Below are positions 10,574 through 18,007 of a stretch of 64,000 nucleotides of DNA, in pieces; within the stretch, counting starts at the first letter, position 1; each line of letters starts with the position of its first letter. This DNA comes from Deferribacterales bacterium (GTDB lineage Bacteria > Chrysiogenota > Deferribacteres > Deferribacterales > Geovibrionaceae). The DNA is taken from NCBI GenBank assembly GCA_050253075.1, contig JBFWJS010000001.1, positions 544,001 through 608,000 on the forward strand, written 5' to 3'. A program made the translations under genes and the position numbers. A model generated the notes under the pieces. That model had not been told where the DNA came from. It was given only the letters and a program-made list of their open reading frames with translations, and searched no databases.

Positions 10574-10617
10574 TTGACAATAAAGTTGTCAACTTTTATA
10601 TTAAAGTTGTCAACTTT
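10574..10617 (+). promoter_or_regulatory. Sigma70 promoter with tandem operator-like repeats
   Basis: TTGACA(10574)-17bp-TATATT(10597); TAAAGTTGTCAACTTT at 10581-10596 and 10602-10617. Confidence 0.75.
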
Positions 10618-10628
10618 AGAGGTGATAT

Positions 10629-11663
10629 ATGCGTGAAAGAACTAAGCAGATCAGAGAATTTATCCTTGAGAATGTTGAAAGCCATCCTAAAGATATAGCT
10701 GCTGTGACTGCAAAGAAGTTTGATATTTCCAGACAAGCAGTGAATAAGCATTTAAATACATTGACTGAAGAAGATATAATTCTTGCTAAAGGAAATAGAA
10801 ACAAAAGAGAGTATTTTGATATTTATTACTTAAGTTTCATAAAACGATATGACCTTGATGGACTTGATGAATCAATTGTTTTTGTTAATGATGTTGCACC
10901 TGTTTTTGTGAATTTCCCCAAGAATACATTGGATATTATAGAGTATGTTTTTACTGAAATTGTAAATAACGCAATTGATCATTCCGAAGGTGATGAATTA
11001 TGGGTACAGTTTTATGAAAGCCATACTCGTTTTGTTATGTATATTTATGATAACGGAGTGGGGATATTTAAAAAAATAATGAATGCGTTACAACTGCCAG
11101 ATGAAAAACTTGCGATTTTAGAACTGGCGAAGGGGAAATTCACAACAGATCCCGAAAATCATTCAGGTGAAGGTATATTCTTTTCAGCAAAAGCAAGCGA
11201 TAAATTCGAAATCATCTCTAATAGTAACCATTTTATGCATGATCTTAGCTCAAAATACGAGGATATGCTAAAAGATACTGACAGCAAGGCTGGTACTCAA
11301 ATCATTTTCGAAATTAAAAAGAAAACTAGAACAACACTTAAAGAAATCTTTGATAAATATTCAGATGATGAGTATGGATTTACAAAGACAGTAGTAAATG
11401 TTGAGCTTCTTCGTATTGGGAACGAGAATCTTATTTCGCGTTCTCAGGCTAAGAGGCTGATTGCCAGATTTGAAAAATTCAAGCATATCGAGCTGGATTT
11501 CAGTAATGTAGATTTTATAGGTCAAGCCTTTGCCGACGAAGTTTTTAGGGTTTTTCAACGCAAATACCCTGAAATAGTACTTGAGCCTGTGAATACCACG
11601 GAAGATGTGGATAAAATGATAAAAAGAGCAAGAGCGAAGCTGAAAGAGATGGAGCAAAACTAA
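10629..11663 (+). CDS. Winged-HTH + HATPase_c + STAS-like (DUF4325) protein
   Basis: ISRQAVNKHL helix, EIVNNAIDHS/DNGVGI/GEGIFF GHKL boxes, LDFSNVDFIGQAFADEVF C-terminal motif; visibly AT-rich. Confidence 0.78.
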   Translation: MRERTKQIREFILENVESHPKDIAAVTAKKFDISRQAVNKHLNTLTEEDIILAKGNRNKREYFDIYYLSFIKRYDLDGLDESIVFVNDVAPVFVNFPKNTLDIIEYVFTEIVNNAIDHSEGDELWVQFYESHTRFVMYIYDNGVGIFKKIMNALQLPDEKLAILELAKGKFTTDPENHSGEGIFFSAKASDKFEIISNSNHFMHDLSSKYEDMLKDTDSKAGTQIIFEIKKKTRTTLKEIFDKYSDDEYGFTKTVVNVELLRIGNENLISRSQAKRLIARFEKFKHIELDFSNVDFIGQAFADEVFRVFQRKYPEIVLEPVNTTEDVDKMIKRARAKLKEMEQN

Positions 11664-11717
11664 GCATTGCAGGTGATCAGATTTTGTTTTATTGTTGGGT
11701 ATGGGTGTTTATAAATA

Positions 11718-13505
11718 ATGACAACAGGACAAAGGTTTAATCTGCCTGTCATAGGCCGCTGGTTTATCCTCGGGTCTATCGTCGGGCTTGTTTCCGGTAT
11801 AGGGGCTATCATCTTCTTCCTGCTTCTGCAGGGGAGCTCCTTCTTCTTCATGGACTACATTGTAGGTCTGAGAGTGGAGGAAACTGCCGGTGAGCACGCC
11901 ATCTTCGGACATGCCGCAACAGAGCTTAAACGCTGGATGATATTCTTTGTCCCTGCTTTCGGCGGACTTTTATCAGGTTTTCTCGTATATAAATTTGCTC
12001 CCGAGGCGGAAGGCCACGGGACAGACGCAGCCATCAAAGCAATCCATTTTAAAAACGGACAGATAAGCTGGCAGGTGCCTATCATAAAGACATTCGCCAG
12101 TACCATCACTATCGGAACAGGCGGTTCAGGAGGACGAGAGGGTCCCATTGCACAGATCGGTGCGGGTTTCGCATCGTTTCTCGGCTCTGCTCTGAAACTG
12201 TCCGACAGGGAAAAACGCATCCTCACCGCCGCAGGCATGGGTGCGGGTGTCGGCGCTATATTCCGTTCGCCTCTGGCGGGTGCGATATTCGCTGCGGAGG
12301 TCTTATACTCCAGCTCTGATATGGAATACGAGGCACTTCTCCCCTCGACTATTACATCCATCATAGCCTATTCCGTCTTTTGCTCCGTATACGGCTGGGA
12401 ACCACTTTTCGGCACTCCCGACTTCGCATTTCAAAACCCTGCAGAGCTCATAGGATACTCTATACTAGGCTTTGCCTGTGCGCTTTTCGGATGGATATAC
12501 GTCAGGACATTTTACGGCATACATAAAGCATTTAAAAAGATGCACGTATCTGTTTATATAAAACCCGTTATCGGCGGTCTGCTCACAGGCTGCATAGGCT
12601 TCTTTATCCCGCAGGCTCTCTCGGGCAGTTATTCCCAGATAGAGCTGGGCATGCAGGGACAGCTTACCATCGGGTTCATCTTCATACTCATATTCGCAAA
12701 GATACTGACCACGTCTTTCAGCATTGGTTCAGGCGGTTCTGCGGGTATATTCGGTCCTTCGATGGTAATAGGTGCCGCTGTGGGCGGTTTTGTCGGGCTT
12801 GCTCTGAATAAGCTCGTGCCGTTCATCGCTCCCGAGCCGGGGGCTTATGTCGTCGTGGGTATGGCGGGCTTTTTCAGCGGTATAGCGAATACGCCCCTTT
12901 CGACCATCATAATGGTGAGCGAGATGACGGGGAACTATCATCTGCTCGTGCCGTCTATGTGGGTGAGCACCCTTGCCTTTCTGCTTTTACGGAAGACCAC
13001 AATGTATGTAAATCAGGTGCCTATGCGGAGCGAATCGCCCATCCATAAGGGTGAGTTCTTCGTGCAGGTGCTTCAGGATATAAAGGTCGCAGATGTCATG
13101 CGCCCGGACCCTATCATCCTTCCCGAGGATATGAAGTTTCACGACGTTTTTCAGTTTATCTCCCATACAAAGCACAACAACTTCCCCGTTGTGAAGGATG
13201 ACGATGTGCTGGTGGGTGTGCTCCTTTTCGAAGAGATACGTGAATTTGTATTTGAAGAAGGGCTGGAAGATCTGGTGGTAGCCGGTGAGGTGTGTGAGAA
13301 AGATGTTCCGACCATCCTGCCTACAAGCTCTCTGGCGGATGCCATCGAGTCCATCGGGTTTAAGAATGTCGAACTGCTCCCCGTTGTCGACCCTGAGACA
13401 CGTACAAAGCTGATGGGTATCATTACCCGCAGGGACATCATATCCACATATAACAAAGTGCTGCGTAAGCGTCAGAGCGAGAAAACAGAAGAGGTAGAGT
13501 TCTGA
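11718..13505 (+). CDS. ClC family chloride channel / H+/Cl- antiporter with CBS pair
   Basis: GHGT, GREGP, GIFGP signature motifs; C-terminal CBS domains. Confidence 0.92.
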   Translation: MTTGQRFNLPVIGRWFILGSIVGLVSGIGAIIFFLLLQGSSFFFMDYIVGLRVEETAGEHAIFGHAATELKRWMIFFVPAFGGLLSGFLVYKFAPEAEGHGTDAAIKAIHFKNGQISWQVPIIKTFASTITIGTGGSGGREGPIAQIGAGFASFLGSALKLSDREKRILTAAGMGAGVGAIFRSPLAGAIFAAEVLYSSSDMEYEALLPSTITSIIAYSVFCSVYGWEPLFGTPDFAFQNPAELIGYSILGFACALFGWIYVRTFYGIHKAFKKMHVSVYIKPVIGGLLTGCIGFFIPQALSGSYSQIELGMQGQLTIGFIFILIFAKILTTSFSIGSGGSAGIFGPSMVIGAAVGGFVGLALNKLVPFIAPEPGAYVVVGMAGFFSGIANTPLSTIIMVSEMTGNYHLLVPSMWVSTLAFLLLRKTTMYVNQVPMRSESPIHKGEFFVQVLQDIKVADVMRPDPIILPEDMKFHDVFQFISHTKHNNFPVVKDDDVLVGVLLFEEIREFVFEEGLEDLVVAGEVCEKDVPTILPTSSLADAIESIGFKNVELLPVVDPETRTKLMGIITRRDIISTYNKVLRKRQSEKTEEVEF

Positions 13506-13522
13506 TTAGTTAGATTAAAAAA

Positions 13523-13710
13523 ATCCGTCCTTGGATTTTTTAATTCACGCTCAGTCCGACAAGTCGTGACTTCGCTCCGCTTCGCGAGATACGTCCCTGT
13601 ATCTTTGGGTGCATGTGTTAGTGTCTATCCGTCCTTGGATTTTTTAATTCACGCTCAGTCCGACAAGTCGTGACTTCGCTCCGCTTCGTGAGCTACATCC
13701 ATGTATCTTT
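13523..13710. repeat. Tandem 84-bp direct repeat (two copies, 104-bp period)
   Basis: 13523-13606 and 13627-13710 differ at 4 positions; degenerate partial copy near 13947-13973. Confidence 0.9.
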
Positions 13711-13766
13711 AGTCACTAGTATTCATGCGTGGATGAATGATCAAATCACAGCATTAGAGCGTGGAA

Positions 13767-13854
13767 GTCATTGCGAGGAATTCAATGACGAAGCAATCTC
13801 GGGGCTAATTAACGAGTTCAGGGACTGCCACAGCCCTGCGGGCTTCGCAGTGAC
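13767..13854. repeat. REP-like palindromic element, full inverted pair
   Basis: GTCATTGCGAGG...GAAGCAATC and inverted GACTGCCAC...CTTCGCAGTGAC. Confidence 0.75.
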
Positions 13855-14083
13855 GTTTTTTCATATGCTCTACAACGAAGTTGTAACCTCGTGCATTAAG
13901 CACATGCGTAGCACTAGGACTACGGATTTACCTGAAATCTATAATTAATCTGTGCTTGATTTTTTAATTCACCTTCAGGTTGTCTTGAGTTATCTATCGT
14001 CATGTTCTAGTAAAAAAATGATTCCGTAACCGCCTGTGTATTCTGGGAAAATTAAATTGTGTAAATTTATTCAAAATTTTTTC

Positions 14084-14110
14084 TTAAGTTATCGTTTTTA
14101 TGGTCGATAC
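14084..14110 (+). promoter_or_regulatory. Putative sigma28 (FliA) promoter
   Basis: TTAAGTTA-N11-GTCGATAC versus consensus TAAAGTTT-N11-GCCGATAA, upstream of flagellin. Confidence 0.65.
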
Positions 14111-14117
14111 GATATAA

Positions 14118-14145
14118 GCAAGGATGCGCAATAAGAACAGGGAAG
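14118..14145 (+). promoter_or_regulatory. Putative CsrA-binding sites in flagellin leader
   Basis: GCA-AGGA-TGC hairpin (14118-14127) and CAGGGAAG (14138-14145). Confidence 0.5.
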
Positions 14146-14164
14146 TGCCCGTATAGGTGCGACC

Positions 14165-16159
14165 ATGAGCAGCATATACTACGCATCCAGTGCGACCAAT
14201 CTTTCTGCGTCCACTGCCGCGAATTACATGAATCGGTTCCAGGACGCTGTCAATCAATCAGTTGAGAGAATATCGTCCGGAAAAAAACTTAATTCCGCCA
14301 GTGATGACCCGTCACAGGTAGGCTATGCCGGCAGAATGCGCGCAGCCATTATGTCCTACAGAAAACTGAATGATAATATGCAGGACACGATAAGCATGCT
14401 TCAGACTGCGGACTACGCCGTATCCGGCACAGGCGGTATCGAATCCGTACTGCAGACCATCAGGGAAAAGGCTGTGCAGTCTGAGAATGTCACGCTCTCT
14501 TCACAGGACAGGCTGAACCTTCAGCTGGAGATAGAAGACCTGATAGAAGAGCTGGACGACATAGCCAAGACCACCGAATTCAACACGAAAAAACTGCTGA
14601 ACGGCGAAATGGGGGCAAAGCTCTCCAGTACGTCTGCCGACCTCGGCGGATACGCCACGGATGTTGTCAGCTCGGGATCATATTATTTCACAGACATCGA
14701 AGGTGCGACAAAACATGTCTTCGATGCGGATAATGCTCCGACACCGACTACTGATATCGCCATAGCCGACTACGACTATTCATCCACCCTCGGCATCAGC
14801 GGCTCCATCACTCTGGACGGCACAAATGCAAATGCCACAGGGGACTATGAGATACTCTTTAACAGTACATCCGGCTTCAGCGTGTATAACAACTCCACGG
14901 GGGTGCTGACAGCATCCGGCACAGTCGGCACAGAATTCACCCTGAACGGTATGGGTATAACAATAGAGAGCGACGGCACATTTGCCACTGATTATAAACT
15001 GAATATCTCCACCACAAACGGAAGCAATACCCTGACATCCGCCGAAGAGGGGAACAGAGGCACAAGCGCAGCGACAACCCTCACTGCGGGTACGTGGGGA
15101 TCAGACACCATGCTGAACTCTGCATTTTATCTGAAATTCACATACGACAGCGGAGCTCTGAAGTATGCCGCCTTTGACGAGGACGGCACAAGGATGGGCT
15201 CATGGGTGGAATCGGGACAGGAGTTCACGGCTTACGACTCTTCAAAGCTGGACGGAAGCTCGTTCACATTTACATCTGCTGATGCAGGCATCGGCGATAT
15301 CTGGAAAGTGGAATTCGGCAGCTATGACGCCCTCGGCTCCGCAGGGGGAACAGTATCCATAGCGAATGCCACGGCATCTTTCACATTCAGCTATACAGGC
15401 GACGATCAGCTCAGCGACATCGTGGACTATATAAACGAGAACGGCGCAGGCATAGCCACCGCATCCCTTGATACCTCTACCGGCTCGAGTATTCTAAAGA
15501 TCGAAGCGGACAATTACGGCGAGGAATACCGCCTGAATATGCGTGATGTCACCGGCAACCTCGTGTCTGCTCTCGGGCTGACAGAGGACGCAGACACAGG
15601 CACAGACGCCAGCCTTAAATACAGCGGAAAAACCTATGAGTCGTCTACGGGCTACTTTTACGGCATAGAGGACAATCTGGTCTTCGAAGTGGCAAATGAC
15701 GCATCCGTCGCAAGCGGATATGTGAACGTCACAGACAAATCACTGACACAGTATATGAACGCAAACGGCGGCGACAACGGCGTGAGCATCTTCATCCGTG
15801 ACCTGACGGCTGAGGGGCTGGGGTTGAAGAGAGCCGACGGCACATATGCTCTGGATGTGACAGACAACGCAGGCTCGGCCGCAGCAATAGCGAAGATAGA
15901 CAGGGTTATAGACACTGTCTCCGAAGAGGCCGCAAAGGTCGGCAGCCTGATAAACGCAGTGGATTATCACGTGGACTTTACCACTGATATATATACGGAA
16001 TATGAGAGAAATCTCAGCCTGCATGAGGATACAGACTTTGCAGAAGAAACAGCGAACTACTACGCGGCAGTTGCAGGACGCGATGCAGCAGCGGCTATGG
16101 TCGCCCAGGCGAACCTTATGCCGAGCCGTGTGCTCGCCCTTCTGGGGGTGACAGGCTAG
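14165..16159 (+). CDS. Flagellin family protein with large variable region
   Basis: ERISSGKKLNSASDDPS, ISMLQTAD, TEFNTKKLLNG; C-terminal DTDFAEE...AQAN. Confidence 0.9.
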   Translation: MSSIYYASSATNLSASTAANYMNRFQDAVNQSVERISSGKKLNSASDDPSQVGYAGRMRAAIMSYRKLNDNMQDTISMLQTADYAVSGTGGIESVLQTIREKAVQSENVTLSSQDRLNLQLEIEDLIEELDDIAKTTEFNTKKLLNGEMGAKLSSTSADLGGYATDVVSSGSYYFTDIEGATKHVFDADNAPTPTTDIAIADYDYSSTLGISGSITLDGTNANATGDYEILFNSTSGFSVYNNSTGVLTASGTVGTEFTLNGMGITIESDGTFATDYKLNISTTNGSNTLTSAEEGNRGTSAATTLTAGTWGSDTMLNSAFYLKFTYDSGALKYAAFDEDGTRMGSWVESGQEFTAYDSSKLDGSSFTFTSADAGIGDIWKVEFGSYDALGSAGGTVSIANATASFTFSYTGDDQLSDIVDYINENGAGIATASLDTSTGSSILKIEADNYGEEYRLNMRDVTGNLVSALGLTEDADTGTDASLKYSGKTYESSTGYFYGIEDNLVFEVANDASVASGYVNVTDKSLTQYMNANGGDNGVSIFIRDLTAEGLGLKRADGTYALDVTDNAGSAAAIAKIDRVIDTVSEEAAKVGSLINAVDYHVDFTTDIYTEYERNLSLHEDTDFAEETANYYAAVAGRDAAAAMVAQANLMPSRVLALLGVTG

Positions 16160-16189
16160 TTCTAAAAAGGACAGTATAGGAGGCAGTAA

Positions 16190-16513
16190 ATGGCTGTGTC
16201 AGTGTACGGTAATACATCGGCAATGCGTACGCAGTCTATGCTGACCACGGAGACGCAGAATATTGCAAGATCTGAACGTGCATACGAATCAGGGAGTTCG
16301 AAAGAATCGACAGGAATGGGTATGGACAAGGTCAGCATTTCAAAGGTAACTCTTGAGACATCAAGGGCTGTTAACGGCACTGCTAAAATTGAAAAGTCGG
16401 CGGGGTGTCTGTATAGCAAGAATCGTATTATTCCTGATATGCATGATTATATACAGATGATCAAGGATAATATGCAGGAACAGTACTCCGAAGACGACAG
16501 CTGTATAGGCTGA
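16190..16513 (+). CDS. Small hypothetical protein with flagellin-N-terminus-like start
   Basis: GGAGG RBS; MAVSVYGNTSAMRTQSML...YESG. Confidence 0.55.
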   Translation: MAVSVYGNTSAMRTQSMLTTETQNIARSERAYESGSSKESTGMGMDKVSISKVTLETSRAVNGTAKIEKSAGCLYSKNRIIPDMHDYIQMIKDNMQEQYSEDDSCIG

Positions 16514-16530
16514 AAACATAGGAGGCGGTT

Positions 16531-16797
16531 ATGTCCACAATAGATAGCAGGATGTCAGCCGCTGCCGAATACGCAAGGACCGCCCAGCAAAGAATGCTGG
16601 AATCAGAGGAACTGCGTAAACAGGACAGAGAAAAGGCCGAGCGCAGCAGTGAAGTGATCCGGGCGCAGAACAACGGTATCGCCACCCGTTCGAAAGAACT
16701 CCGACAGGAGGATCGGGAAGAGCAGCAGTACAGCGACAGGAGAGCTTCCAGAGCTCAGGAACCCGGCAAAGGCATCTACATGGATGAAATAGCCTGA
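16531..16797 (+). CDS. Small charged hypothetical protein
   Basis: GGAGG RBS; C-terminal GKGIYMDEIA resembles the GxxIDxxA ending of YjfB-like motility proteins. Confidence 0.65.
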   Translation: MSTIDSRMSAAAEYARTAQQRMLESEELRKQDREKAERSSEVIRAQNNGIATRSKELRQEDREEQQYSDRRASRAQEPGKGIYMDEIA

Positions 16798-16804
16798 CAT
16801 GATC

Positions 16805-16831
16805 AAAAGGCCGTTCGATGAGCGGCCTTTT
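16805..16831 (+). terminator. Intrinsic (possibly bidirectional) terminator
   Basis: AAAAGGCCG-TTCGATGAG-CGGCCTTTT. Confidence 0.8.
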
Positions 16832-16906
16832 ATCTTTTATCCGCTTGTAAATATATTAGTTTGTGGTCTATAGTATAAGTACAGGATAAGATAGAGGTTT
16901 ACAGAT

Positions 16907-18007
16907 TTGCTTCGGCTTATATTTATAGTCATCTTCAGCGCCGTCGCACTTTTCGGCTGCGGGAAGAAAAATGAAAAGACCGATGTCGGTTTTATCGGGA
17001 CAATATCGGGGAGATATTCGGATCTGGGTCAGGCCACTTTGCAGGGGGTCATGCTCGCTATTGAGAGCTACGGCGCATCCGAAAATATTAATCTGGTGGT
17101 CAAAGATGATTTCGGCAAGCCTTCTGACGGCGCAAGGATCATCAGCGAATTTGCTGAGGATAATGTGCGCTATGTCATCGGTCCGAGCATAAGCAGTGTC
17201 GCAACGGCTGTTGTCCCTATGCTGGAGGCTGCGAATGTACGAATGCTCAGCCCCACCGTCAGCACATCGTCCCTCGCCGGAAAAAAAGATAATTTCGCAA
17301 GGATAATGCCCCACAACAGCTTTAAGCAGGCGGGCGTGATATCCACATACCTTTTAAACAAACTCGATATCAAAGATATAGTGATCCTTTACGATTCCAG
17401 AAATTCTTCATACTCCAACGACATCGTTAAGCAGTTCGCCGAGGCATATATGGCCCAGGGCGGAAGTATAAGGGATGTGCGCTCTTTTAACCCTGATTCG
17501 GGGCAGAGCCTCTCCACCCTGCTGGACGACGACAGGGAAGACCCGCCGGCTATGTATTATGTCATCGGCTCGGCTATGGACACGTCTCTCATCATCTGGC
17601 AGATAAAGAAAGCAGGGATGAAGTCAAAGGTACTCATCAGAAAGTGGGCTGCATCGAGCGACTTTTACCGTCTGGGCGGCGAAGCCGTAGAGGGTGTAAT
17701 GCTCTTTGACTACTATATAAACACAGATACCGATCAGTATAAAGCATTTGCCAAAGCGTATAAGAAGAAATTCATGGCGGAGCCCAGCTGGATGGGTGTA
17801 TACGGATATGAGGCCGCAAGGATACTTCTGAATGCTCTGGATGAAGTGAAGTCGGGGATGAATTTCAACGCTGCCCTCGCCAAAGCCGCACAGAATAACG
17901 AGATACTTAAAAATATGGAATTTGACGAATACGGAGATGCCTACCTGCCTTTGCACTATTTCGTTATTGAAAACGGTGAAACAGTGTATAAGGGCCTCGC
18001 AGAATGA
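16907..18007 (+). CDS. LivJ-like periplasmic binding lipoprotein (sensor-associated)
   Basis: Lipobox ALFGC, VIGPSISS, YGYEAA; coupled to a kinase rather than ABC permeases. Confidence 0.8.
   Translation: MLRLIFIVIFSAVALFGCGKKNEKTDVGFIGTISGRYSDLGQATLQGVMLAIESYGASENINLVVKDDFGKPSDGARIISEFAEDNVRYVIGPSISSVATAVVPMLEAANVRMLSPTVSTSSLAGKKDNFARIMPHNSFKQAGVISTYLLNKLDIKDIVILYDSRNSSYSNDIVKQFAEAYMAQGGSIRDVRSFNPDSGQSLSTLLDDDREDPPAMYYVIGSAMDTSLIIWQIKKAGMKSKVLIRKWAASSDFYRLGGEAVEGVMLFDYYINTDTDQYKAFAKAYKKKFMAEPSWMGVYGYEAARILLNALDEVKSGMNFNAALAKAAQNNEILKNMEFDEYGDAYLPLHYFVIENGETVYKGLAE

Noticed and set aside
13523..13710. CRISPR array
   Set aside because: Only two 84-bp units with a 20-bp gap and no cas genes; dimensions do not fit
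13670..13948. 92-aa ORF
   Set aside because: Translation of repeat elements; no RBS or protein features
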